From an uncultured Spirochaetota bacterium (GTDB lineage: Bacteria > Spirochaetota > Brevinematia > Brevinematales > JAOACQ01), in NCBI GenBank assembly GCA_963768055.1, contig CAVYGN010000001.1, positions 1,230,080 to 1,294,079 of the forward strand: a stretch of DNA of 64,000 bases. The letters are read 5' to 3'. Numbering within the stretch: position 1 is the first letter of the stretch; every line of letters begins with the position of its first letter. The position numbers and the translations under genes were made by a program. Below the pieces are notes generated by a model. The model was not told where the DNA came from and ran no database searches. It saw nothing but the letters and a program-made list of their open reading frames with translations. Below are positions 55,414-64,000 of the stretch, in pieces.

Positions 55414-57926
55414 TGAATGATTTTACTGGTTTTACACCCAGAGCGCAAAAGGTCATAACCATTCTTGCCCAGCAGGAAGCAAGAAGATTGTTCAACGACC
55501 AGGTTCTGCCCGAACATCTCTTTCTGGGCATTTTGAGAGAATCCGACAGCGCCGGCATCAGGACCCTTGTTTATATAGGCCTTGATCTTGATGATATAAA
55601 AAGAGAGCTTGAAATGATTTTGAGGAGTAAATCGACCAATACTCTTACTCTCGGCGGCATACCGCCTTCCAACAGGTTTAAAACCGTAATCGAGCTCTGT
55701 AAACAGGAATCAAAAGTTATCGGGCATAATTATATAGGGACAGAGCATATTTTGCTTGGATTATTGGCTGAAGAAGACCCCGACGCTCTTATACCCATAA
55801 TTTTCGCAAACAGGAATATTGAATTACATTTTATGCGCCAGTCAGTTATCAAGACAGTCGGATACGGCGAAATAAATGTGACAAAACTTAAGAAAAAACA
55901 GGTTAAAACCCAATTTCTTGACCGGTATTCCAAAAATCTCACCCAAATGGCTGCTTCGGATAAGCTTGATCCTGTTATCGGCAGAGGGGTTGAGTTAAAA
56001 AGGATAGTCCAAGTCCTCTGCAGAAGGCAGAAGAACAACCCGATCCTGATCGGTGAACCGGGAGTGGGTAAAACTGCTATAATTGAAGGTCTTGCACAAT
56101 TAATTGCAAATAATACCGTCCCGGATAAACTTATTGACAAAAGGATCATGCTGCTTGACCTTGGCCTTGTGGTAGCAGGCACTAAATACAGGGGCGAATT
56201 CGAAGAAAGGATGAAAAATATTATTAAAGAAGCTGAAGAATCGGAAGATGTAATTCTTTTCATCGATGAAATTCATACAATATTGGGTGCCGGAAACGCA
56301 GAGGGGGCCCTGGACGCCTCAAATATGCTCAAACCCGCTTTGGCAAGAGGTACAATAAGGTGCATTGGGGCCACGACTTTCGATGAATACAGGAAACGGA
56401 TCGAAAGGGACAAAGCTCTTCTGCGCAGGTTCCAGCCTATTACAGTCAATGAACCGACTATCGAAGAGACCATTGAAATATTGCTGAAAATAAAGTTCAA
56501 GTACGAACAATATCATAATGTCGCTTATACCGACAGGGCAATAGAGGCTGCAGTGAAACTTGCCAACAGGTATGTTACTGACAGGAAACTGCCGGATAAA
56601 GCCATAGATCTTATAGATGAAGCCGGAGCATTTTGCGGAATATCCCTGGATGGAAAACCTGAAGAGCTTCTTAAAGTCGAACGGGAAATAAATGTCCTGG
56701 AGGAAAAAAAGAACAACATGGTAAAATCCCAGGTTTATGAAAAAGCCGCCTATATAAGGGATAAAATCAAAGAACTCAGAGGGATTTATGAAGAGGCTAA
56801 ATCACAATGGCTTTCGGAAAATAAAATGGATAAAATTTTGATCGATCAAAAGGAGATTGAACTCGTCCTTTCTTCAATAACAAATATCCCTATTCACCGG
56901 CTTGACGATGAAAATAATAAAAAAAGATATTTGAATATAAGCACGGAATTAAAAAAAAGTATAAAAGGCCAGGACAAAGCAATTGAAACAATTTCAAACG
57001 CTATCAAAAAGAGCGTCGCCGGCCTTAAAAGGATCGGCAAACCTATATCCAGCCTTATCTTTATCGGGCCTACAGGGGTTGGAAAGACAGCTCTCGCAAA
57101 GACCCTTGCTAAATTTATCTTCGGGTCTGAAGAGGATCTGATCAGGGTGGATATGAGTGAATATATGGAAAAATTCAACGTATCCAAACTTGTAGGAGCC
57201 CCTCCCGGATATATTGGCCATGAATCCGGGGGAGAGTTGACGGAGAAGATTAGAAGAAAACCCTATTCGGTTGTGCTTTTCGACGAAATTGAGAAAGCAC
57301 ATCCTGAAATATTCAATATGCTTCTCCAGATTCTTGACGAAGGATTTATTACAGACAGCCTTAGTAATAAAGTCGATTTTAGAAATACTATTATTATTCT
57401 CACTTCGAATCTTGGAACCGATAAACTTGCAAATAAAGGTAATATGGGCTTCCTGGACAACGCTTCAAGCGATGACAAGAATAAGGAATTTCTCTATAAC
57501 GAGTTAAAGCAGTACTTTAAACCTGAATTCCTGAACAGGATAGACGATATTGTAATATTCAATCCGCTTGAAGGTCCGGTCCTGATGGAAATATTTGACA
57601 GGATGATCTTTGAGCTCAATGAAAATCTTACTCTCAAGGGGATTAAATTCAAGATCAGCGATGAAGCCAGGGATTATATAATTGCCGGCGGATTTGAAAG
57701 CAAATATGGAGCGAGATCACTGTCCCGCGCCATCAGCAAATATATTGAAATTCCTTCGACCGAACTCCTGCTTAATGAAAATATCAGTACGGATGATTTA
57801 AAATCCCCGATTGAAATAGCAATATCAATCAAAAAACAAAAGATATCCCTCAAAATAAATTATAAGGGCGTTAAAAAAATATCCAACGGCAGCGATACTT
57901 CAATTGAAAAAGCCGGGCTGTTATAA
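55413..57926 (+). CDS. clpC: ATP-dependent Clp protease ATP-binding subunit ClpC
   Basis: 837 aa. Duplicated Clp_N, two AAA+ modules (GEPGVGKTAI, GPTGVGKTALAK), a UVR-like M-domain and an MGF ClpP loop. Confidence 0.93.
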   Translation: MNDFTGFTPRAQKVITILAQQEARRLFNDQVLPEHLFLGILRESDSAGIRTLVYIGLDLDDIKRELEMILRSKSTNTLTLGGIPPSNRFKTVIELCKQESKVIGHNYIGTEHILLGLLAEEDPDALIPIIFANRNIELHFMRQSVIKTVGYGEINVTKLKKKQVKTQFLDRYSKNLTQMAASDKLDPVIGRGVELKRIVQVLCRRQKNNPILIGEPGVGKTAIIEGLAQLIANNTVPDKLIDKRIMLLDLGLVVAGTKYRGEFEERMKNIIKEAEESEDVILFIDEIHTILGAGNAEGALDASNMLKPALARGTIRCIGATTFDEYRKRIERDKALLRRFQPITVNEPTIEETIEILLKIKFKYEQYHNVAYTDRAIEAAVKLANRYVTDRKLPDKAIDLIDEAGAFCGISLDGKPEELLKVEREINVLEEKKNNMVKSQVYEKAAYIRDKIKELRGIYEEAKSQWLSENKMDKILIDQKEIELVLSSITNIPIHRLDDENNKKRYLNISTELKKSIKGQDKAIETISNAIKKSVAGLKRIGKPISSLIFIGPTGVGKTALAKTLAKFIFGSEEDLIRVDMSEYMEKFNVSKLVGAPPGYIGHESGGELTEKIRRKPYSVVLFDEIEKAHPEIFNMLLQILDEGFITDSLSNKVDFRNTIIILTSNLGTDKLANKGNMGFLDNASSDDKNKEFLYNELKQYFKPEFLNRIDDIVIFNPLEGPVLMEIFDRMIFELNENLTLKGIKFKISDEARDYIIAGGFESKYGARSLSRAISKYIEIPSTELLLNENISTDDLKSPIEIAISIKKQKISLKINYKGVKKISNGSDTSIEKAGLL

Positions 57927-57930
57927 AATC

Positions 57931-58644
57931 CTATAATTTTTTCTGGAGATTTTTCAGCTGATTGATCTCTCCCTGGTCTTCGTAAATATTTCCCTCATCG
58001 AGCGGAATATTCAGACCCTGTGTTATTATTTCAGCCGCTTTTTTCCTGTCTAAATCCATCAATAATTCAGCGTAAAACCTGAAAGCGACCCTATTGCCAG
58101 GCCCGTATTCGATCGCTTTTTCATAGTCGCTCTGCGCTTTTTTTGTGTCTCCCACGCTGATAATGGCCGGCGCAAGATGATAAACCCGGGCCCTTAGCAT
58201 GTAGCCCGAACCGTTTTCATATGAAGGATCTATATTAATAGTCTTAGTCGCTTCTTTAATAATAAGGTCTGCTGTGAACAAACTGTCAAGAATACCGTTT
58301 GCTTCAGCCCAGGAACCGACGCTTATCCCCAGGTAATAATGGCCTTCGACCTTGCCCGGCTCCAGATTGGTGGCATTCTCAGCCGCTTTTTTCGCTTCCA
58401 GGAAGATCGGTTTTTTTTGTTCCGCTTTTTGTATATAATTATCAGCTAAATAATGAGCTGAACGCGCAAATTTCCATGCATTTTCGTAATTTGTTTCTTT
58501 ACTGTACATTTCTTTATAATACTCGTAAGCCTTCTTCGCTCCTTCAACACTATTCCTGTTGCTTCAGTAACTATCGTCCGAATCCGAATATACAGCCGCA
58601 GTGAAAATAAATAACACAGCGCTCAGGATGAAAGCCTTAAACAT
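57931..58644 (-). pseudogene. Secreted TPR-like protein gene interrupted by a single in-frame TGA (codon 27, 58566-58564)
   Basis: AAGGAGG lies 5 nt upstream of ATG 58644. It encodes MFKAFILSAVLFIFTAAVYSDSDDSY-TGA-SNRNSVEGAKKAYEYYKE, continuing in frame into the track ORF that starts at 58509 (MYSKETNY...). No RBS precedes 58509. Confidence 0.55.
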
Positions 58645-58737
58645 AGAAACCTCCTTAACCAGTCAATTATATAATCTTAATCTTAAATTAAGTTATTTTC
58701 AATATATTTATGTTTTAATATAAAACATTGTAATATA

Positions 58738-58765
58738 TAGTCGATAGTCGACAGTCGACAGTCAT
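58738..58765 (+). repeat. Imperfect heptanucleotide tandem array (locus B)
   Basis: TAGTCGA TAGTCGA CAGTCGA CAGTCAT, followed by GTCGACTAAC at 58787-58796. Confidence 0.7.
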
Positions 58766-58803
58766 ACTATCAGTATCCTTTCAACTGTCGACTAACTATA
58801 AAT

Positions 58804-58832
58804 TTGCTATATCATTAAGTAAAATATAAAAT
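58804..58832 (+). promoter_or_regulatory. Candidate promoter (TTGCTA-17 nt-TAAAAT) for murG
   Basis: ttgctatatcattaagtaaaatataaaat, ending ~28 nt before the ATG. Confidence 0.4.
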
Positions 58833-58859
58833 CTTCAAAAAGGTTTTCAGGATTGGTAA

Positions 58860-59966
58860 ATGAGGGCTGTAATCAGCGGCGGAAGGACCGGGGGGCATTT
58901 AATCCCAGGAATATCGATGTATAGGGAAATTAAAAGCAGAAATATTAATTGCCGCTATATAATGAGCTCATTCGATCTTAATTACCCCGTCGTTGAAATC
59001 GTTGAAAAGGGCGACCGTTATCTTCTCCCCCTTAAAAACATGTCAAGAAAATTATCCATAAAAACTCCTGTTTACATTATAAAAATTCTTATGACTTTTT
59101 TCAGGGTGCTGTGGCAGATAAGAAAATTCAATCCGGATTTTATTGTCATAACAGGAGGATATATATCGAATCCCGTCGCTTTATCCGCTGTCATTCTCAG
59201 GAAACCCCTTTATATAATAGAACAGAACAGCGTCGCCGGCATCACTAACAGGTTTTACGCCCCGTTTTCAAGGAAAATATTTACTTCCTTTCCTGATACT
59301 AAAAAAATACCGTTAAAAAAAACAGTCTTCTCCGGAAACCCCTCACTTTTCCATGAGAGGATTTCAGGAGATGTTGCAAGATCTTTTTTTAATCTTGGTG
59401 ATTATAAAAGGATAGTAGGCGTAATTAGCGGAAGCCAGGGATCAAAAACAATCAATGAATGTTTAATTAAAATACTTCCGGAATTAACAAGAGACAATAT
59501 CGGAATAATCTGGAGCGCAGGCTCGGTTGAATATGCAAAACTTTTAAATTCGAATGAGATTGACCGGCTGAAAAGTGAATACCCTAACCTGAGGGTCTAT
59601 CAGTTCATTGAAAGGATGGATTACTTTTTTTCAGCAGTTGACTGCGTGATTTCACGGGCCGGAGCTTCATCCATATCGGAACTTTTATATTATGAACGTC
59701 CGTCTCTATTGATACCTATAAAAAATTCCCCCGATAATCATCAGGCCCTTAACGCGTATTACTTGACATCGAACAACTGCGGGGTTGTAATTGATGAGGA
59801 CGATTTGTCGCCCTCAATCTTATCTGAAAAGTTGCTCCGGATGTTTGAAAACCTGTCTTATTACACTGAAATGATTAAAAAAATAAGCGGCATAAAGCCT
59901 CAATGCCCTGAAAAAGTCATAGTTGATAATATTATCGCTGATTATTTCGGTTTTAAGCCCTTTTAG
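58860..59966 (+). CDS. murG: UDP-N-acetylglucosamine:lipid I N-acetylglucosaminyltransferase
   Basis: GGRTGGHLIPG N-terminal motif, and C-terminal RAGASSISELL. Confidence 0.88.
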   Translation: MRAVISGGRTGGHLIPGISMYREIKSRNINCRYIMSSFDLNYPVVEIVEKGDRYLLPLKNMSRKLSIKTPVYIIKILMTFFRVLWQIRKFNPDFIVITGGYISNPVALSAVILRKPLYIIEQNSVAGITNRFYAPFSRKIFTSFPDTKKIPLKKTVFSGNPSLFHERISGDVARSFFNLGDYKRIVGVISGSQGSKTINECLIKILPELTRDNIGIIWSAGSVEYAKLLNSNEIDRLKSEYPNLRVYQFIERMDYFFSAVDCVISRAGASSISELLYYERPSLLIPIKNSPDNHQALNAYYLTSNNCGVVIDEDDLSPSILSEKLLRMFENLSYYTEMIKKISGIKPQCPEKVIVDNIIADYFGFKPF

Positions 59967-59991
59967 GGCACTTCTACTAACCGCCCTTTAG

Positions 59992-61356
59992 TCACCTTCT
60001 TCGGACTTCCTCAAAAATTGAATTGAGCTTCGACAGGGTTTCATCATAATTAGATTTTTCAAATATACCTTGTTTAGTGAATTGTTCTATCTTCTGGATC
60101 TTACCCAGGGCATAATCGATAGATGGATTCGACCCCCTGACATAAGCCCCTATATTAATAAGGTCTTCAGAATCTCTGTATGTAGCAAGGACTTCCCTCA
60201 GCTTGTTCGCGTTCTTTTGCTGAACGTCCCCTGTAACATCGACCATAAGCCTGCTTATACTGTTCAGGATATCTATGGAAGGGTAGTGATTCTTTGAAGC
60301 CAGATTCCTGGATAGAATGATATGACCGTCAAGTATACCTCGTACTGCGTCCGAAATAGGCTCATTTACATCGTCGCCTTCGACGAGAACTGTATAAAAT
60401 GCTGTAATGGTCCCTTTTTCAGCGGCTCCTGTCCTTTCAAGCAGTCTGGGAAGTACCGAGAAAACGCTTGGCGTATAACCCTTTGTAGCCGGAGGTTCCC
60501 CTATAGCAAGCCCCACCTCTCTCTGCGACATAGCAAACCTTGTTATCGAGTCCATCATCAGCATAACATCAAGGCCCTGGTCCCTGAAATACTCGGCGAT
60601 AGTCGTTGCAACGTACGCCCCTCTTATCCTCAGAAGCGGGGGTTCGTTCGACGTAACAGATACTACTACTGATCTTTTCAATCCTTCCTCGCCAAGGTCC
60701 CTTTCTATGAAATCCCTTACTTCCCTTCCCCTTTCCCCTATTAACCCTATTACATTGATATCGGCTGTAGTATTGCGTGCAACCATGCCCAGCAGTGTAG
60801 ATTTCCCGACTCCGCTTCCCGAAAATATGCCAATTCTCTGGCCCTTGCCGATTGTAAGCACGCCGTCTATTGCCTTGATACCCGTCGTTATAGGCTCTGT
60901 AATCCTTTTTCTCCTGTAAGCGTCTGGCGGTTTCCTGTCGACAGGATAATAATCCATCGCTTTAACGTCGCCCTTTCCGTCTACCGGGGTTCCGTCGCCG
61001 CCGAGGACCCTGCCGAGAAGCTCTCTGCCAACTGGAATTTCGAGCTTTCTTCCAAGATTGAGGATACGAATGCCCGGCGAAATCCCTTTGACTTCTCCGA
61101 GAGGCATTATTAAGGTTTTATTTTTTTTAAATCCTACTACTTCCGCCTTCAGACTTCCCGGAGACTGCCCGTTAGTGTTTATCTGGCATACATCGCCAAT
61201 TGAAGCGAACGGACCGACAGATTCAATAGAAATTCCAACGACATCGCTTACCCTTCCGATTGTTTTAATAGTTACTGCTCTATCGAGCGACTTTTCATAT
61301 TTAGTAAAAACATCTTTGTTTTTTGTATCTATTTCATCGGTAAGAGTTTCGGCCAT
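59992..61356 (-). CDS. fliI: Flagellum-specific type III export ATPase
   Basis: Walker A GSGVGKST, and MMDSITRFA. Located next to fliH. Confidence 0.93.
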   Translation of the reverse strand: MAETLTDEIDTKNKDVFTKYEKSLDRAVTIKTIGRVSDVVGISIESVGPFASIGDVCQINTNGQSPGSLKAEVVGFKKNKTLIMPLGEVKGISPGIRILNLGRKLEIPVGRELLGRVLGGDGTPVDGKGDVKAMDYYPVDRKPPDAYRRKRITEPITTGIKAIDGVLTIGKGQRIGIFSGSGVGKSTLLGMVARNTTADINVIGLIGERGREVRDFIERDLGEEGLKRSVVVSVTSNEPPLLRIRGAYVATTIAEYFRDQGLDVMLMMDSITRFAMSQREVGLAIGEPPATKGYTPSVFSVLPRLLERTGAAEKGTITAFYTVLVEGDDVNEPISDAVRGILDGHIILSRNLASKNHYPSIDILNSISRLMVDVTGDVQQKNANKLREVLATYRDSEDLINIGAYVRGSNPSIDYALGKIQKIEQFTKQGIFEKSNYDETLSKLNSIFEEVRRR

Positions 61357-61361
61357 GCGCG

Positions 61362-62390
61362 TTATCCTTTATCTTCAAGCAAAGATTTCTCTGCTATCTG
61401 AGATTCTTCAATTTCGTTTTCCAGTGCAGAACCGTTTTCCTTTGTTTCGGGCATTTTACCCTGAACTTTCATCGGCATATAATATTTAATTTTATTCTCG
61501 ATTTCTTCAAGCTGAGTCGATACTTTGGCATCAATCTCACCGATATCGGTCTCGATATAAACCCCTCCCCGGTCGATTGCCGGATCTTCCAGTATTTTAA
61601 CTTCAGGCATGCCTTCTATCATTTTTATCAAATCTGCCTTGTGCCTGGTCACAAAATCGAAATCCTCACGGTTTACATGAATAAAAACCGTCATCGCTCC
61701 ACGAACAAGCGACAGGGATTCCCTGACGTTGTTGATGACCATTTTATTATCTTCCTGGCTTAATTTTTTTACGATCTTTCTTACCATCGTCAGGACCAGA
61801 TTGATAATCTGTCTTTCACTGTTAACAAGGATCTTCTCCCTTTCTTTTATAGTAGCTGCTATGATCGAATGAAGCCTTTCTACGACATTTTTCACTTCCT
61901 CGACGCCTTCCTTGTAACCCTCATCCCTCCCTGCTTCATAAGCTTCTTTTCTCGCCTGCCCGGTAAGTCTTTGCGCTTCTTCCCCGGCCTGTCTCAATAT
62001 TTCGGATTCCTGTTCTCTTGCTTCGCTGATAATCCTTTCAACTTCGGCGGCCTGATCTTGCAAAGCTTTTTCTTTTTCTTCCATGGACTTTTTGACTCTT
62101 TCGAAGGCGTCCTTCTCCGCTTCTTTTTGAATGGCTTCCGCGTCAATTTCTGCTTTTTTGATTATTTCATCAGCTTCTTTTTCCCCGGCTTCCAGTTTAG
62201 CTGCTATTTCATTTTCAAGTTTTTTTATTTCATTATGAAGGTCATCGATCCTTTTATCCGATTCATCGACATCCTGCTCTTTGGTTTTCCTAAAAACTTT
62301 AGGCGCCTGGACAACAAATTTTGTATTCTCAATTAAATACTGTCCGGAGCGAAGTATTTTAGAATGAACATCGTTGAACGATTTTGCCAT
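61362..62390 (-). CDS. fliH: Flagellar assembly protein FliH (E/K-rich N-terminal half)
   Basis: Position between fliG and fliI. C-terminal FliH/V-ATPase-E-like domain. I prefer ATG 62390 (GGGGGA 5 nt upstream) to the TTG at 62411. Confidence 0.75.
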   Translation of the reverse strand: MAKSFNDVHSKILRSGQYLIENTKFVVQAPKVFRKTKEQDVDESDKRIDDLHNEIKKLENEIAAKLEAGEKEADEIIKKAEIDAEAIQKEAEKDAFERVKKSMEEKEKALQDQAAEVERIISEAREQESEILRQAGEEAQRLTGQARKEAYEAGRDEGYKEGVEEVKNVVERLHSIIAATIKEREKILVNSERQIINLVLTMVRKIVKKLSQEDNKMVINNVRESLSLVRGAMTVFIHVNREDFDFVTRHKADLIKMIEGMPEVKILEDPAIDRGGVYIETDIGEIDAKVSTQLEEIENKIKYYMPMKVQGKMPETKENGSALENEIEESQIAEKSLLEDKG

Positions 62391-62412
62391 TATAATCCCC
62401 CGAAAAAACAAC

Positions 62413-63525
62413 CTAAACTATAATCTCGTCTTCTGCATTTCTGGACAGGACGATCTCTCCCTGTTCCTCCAGCTTCCTGATTATATTTACTATTTTTTGC
62501 TGAGCTTCTTCAACGTCTTTCAGCCTTATCGGCCCCATATATTCCATATCCTCCTTGAGCATCTGAGCGGCCCTTTTCGACATATTCCTGTATATCTTAT
62601 CCTGGACTTCAGGATCAACCGCTTTAAGGGCTTTAGCAAGATCGGAGGTATCGACATGCCTCAACACTTTCTGAATAGACCTGTCGTCAAGAGTTATCAC
62701 ATCTTCGAAAACGAACATCTTCTTCTTGATTTCTTCAGCCAGGTCGGGATCGTCTTCTTCAAGCGCTTCTATGATGTTCCTCTCTGTCGACCTGTCGGCA
62801 TTGTTTAGTATCGCGACGACCGAATCGATACCTCCGGCCGATGTATAATCCTCGCTTGCCAGTGTGGAAAGCTTCCTCTCGAGCACCCTTTCAACTTCCC
62901 GCAATATTTCCGGAGAAGTCCTGTCCATCGTTGCTATCCTTTTAGCAACATCAGCCTGAATTTCATGGGGCAGGGCGCTTATAATATGAGCGGCCTTTTG
63001 CGAATCAAGATAAGACAGGATAAGGGCTATTGTCTGGGGGTGTTCGTTTTGAATAAAGTTTATCAGATGAACAGGGTCTGTTCTTCTGATAAAATCAAAC
63101 GGCTTTGTCTGCAATGATGAGGTAAGCCTGTTGATAATGTCGACGGCTTTTTGAGTTCCGAGGGCTCTTTCAAGGACTTCCCTGGCGTAATCCACACCGC
63201 CGTTTACTATAAAGTCCTGGGCCATCATCAATTCCTGGAATTCCATCAATACGGAGTCCCTTTCTTCAGAATCGACCCTATCGATCCTGGCTATTTCAAA
63301 TGTCAGTTCTTCCACTTCATCTTCTTTTAGATGTTTGAATATATCAGCCGAAACTTCCGGACCAATGGATACAAGGAATACTGCAGCTTTTTCCCTTCCT
63401 GTGAGCGCCTTTTTCTTTTCCCTCTTTCCACCGGCTTTACCCTTATGTCCGCCGGTTCCCTGGGTCTGTTCGGCTGTTGCGGTTAAATCGGGATTTCCCG
63501 ACGCAGGCATTTTATTTTCAGCCAT
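62413..63525 (-). CDS. fliG: Flagellar motor switch protein FliG (with ~45-aa G/K-rich N-terminal extension)
   Basis: REKAAVFLVSIG, the torque-helix region LKEDMEYMGPIRLKDVEEAQQKIV. AGGAGG RBS. Confidence 0.92.
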   Translation of the reverse strand: MAENKMPASGNPDLTATAEQTQGTGGHKGKAGGKREKKKALTGREKAAVFLVSIGPEVSADIFKHLKEDEVEELTFEIARIDRVDSEERDSVLMEFQELMMAQDFIVNGGVDYAREVLERALGTQKAVDIINRLTSSLQTKPFDFIRRTDPVHLINFIQNEHPQTIALILSYLDSQKAAHIISALPHEIQADVAKRIATMDRTSPEILREVERVLERKLSTLASEDYTSAGGIDSVVAILNNADRSTERNIIEALEEDDPDLAEEIKKKMFVFEDVITLDDRSIQKVLRHVDTSDLAKALKAVDPEVQDKIYRNMSKRAAQMLKEDMEYMGPIRLKDVEEAQQKIVNIIRKLEEQGEIVLSRNAEDEIIV

Positions 63526-63534
63526 ATATTCCTC

Positions 63535-64000
63535 CTATTCCTCAGCCAGCCAGGTTCTGATAAGGCGGGAGACATCGTCTGGCCTTTCCCTGGAAATATT
63601 GATGGCATTTTCCAGTAGTTCCGCCCTGGCTTTCTCTTCAATCGAAAGTTCGACTGTCGCAGCTTCTTCCTCCGCCGCTCTTAATGCAGCTTCTCTCATT
63701 GCCTGCTGCTGGCGTGAGATTTCTTCTTCTCTTAACCTTCTTCTTCTCTCAAATTCCCTGGCAACGGCTCTGTAAGCCAGGGTCGCCAGGAACAGGAAAA
63801 ACAGCACGACAATTGATGCCAAAAGCGTTCTTCTAAGCTGGATCTTTTTTCTTATGCTTTCATTATCCTTTTCAAATTCTTTTGTATGATCAAAGGGTAT
63901 CGACCTTACAACTACTTCATCGCCGCGTTTTATATCATAATTTACTGCACCTTTCAGCCAATCTTCGAAACCTTTCAAGCTGGCATCGTCAACCGGATGA
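63535..64000 (-). CDS. fliF: Flagellar MS-ring protein FliF, C-terminal part (N-terminus beyond the window edge)
   Basis: The frame is open to the window end. It has a C-terminal TM (LLASIVVLFFLFLATLAY) and a charged FliG-binding tail, and lies immediately upstream of fliG. Confidence 0.85.
   Translation of the reverse strand, partial: HPVDDASLKGFEDWLKGAVNYDIKRGDEVVVRSIPFDHTKEFEKDNESIRKKIQLRRTLLASIVVLFFLFLATLAYRAVAREFERRRRLREEEISRQQQAMREAALRAAEEEAATVELSIEEKARAELLENAINISRERPDDVSRLIRTWLAEE

Noticed and set aside
58545-58566. Selenocysteine recoding of the in-frame TGA (hairpin CAACA-ggaauag-UGUUG just downstream).
   Set aside because: The hairpin has only 5 bp and starts too close to the UGA to resemble a bacterial SECIS. 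The TGA sits in a signal-peptide-proximal D/S-rich stretch with no redox motif. No sel genes are in the window. It is kept only as a remote alternative inside the pseudogene/read-through finding.

Overview
This is a compact, moderately AT-rich chromosomal segment from a flagellated diderm bacterium. The gene content looks spirochaete-like (V-type ATPase, a fliF-G-H-I block, CHASE2 cyclases, HslUV), but this taxonomic guess is low confidence. Almost the whole window is coding. I call about 58 protein genes, one tRNA-Leu(GAG), and no rRNA, CRISPR array, integrase or transposase.

Main blocks, in order:
- A V-type ATPase operon, K-F-E-(CofE-like)-A-B.
- Housekeeping genes: cca, an aminotransferase, ttcA, mazG, paaK, rarA, carA, purF and a short metH.
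- A TetR-VOC-zinc-ribbon cassette.
- An operon of HD-GYP, two polytopic membrane proteins and DUF362.
- hslVU, queE and glgB.
- Two tandem CHASE2 adenylate cyclases plus a PEGA lipoprotein.
- galU, cvpA and nfeD.
- A BlaI/BlaR1-like pair.
- A dual-cNMP-binding regulator followed by mcsA-mcsB-clpC.
- murG, then fliI-fliH-fliG-fliF.

Most interesting observations:
1. The two tandem cyclases carry reciprocally degenerate catalytic residues. This predicts an obligate C1/C2-like heterodimer, and the second cyclase gene overlaps the lipoprotein gene by 10 nt (translational coupling).
2. A cNMP-binding Crp-like protein sits where CtsR normally sits upstream of mcsA-mcsB-clpC, and the McsB homologue looks catalytically degenerate.
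3. An 80-100 nt structured intergenic repeat occurs twice in inverted orientation, with a possible 14-nt mini-copy at a third site.
4. A family of imperfect heptanucleotide tandem arrays lies just upstream of promoters.
5. A secreted TPR protein gene is interrupted by one in-frame TGA.

Several ORF-track start codons are probably too far upstream. In those cases the annotated start overlaps a Shine-Dalgarno sequence or a -35 box, and I have corrected the start where the sequence supports it. All domain calls come from reading motifs by eye; no searches were run.
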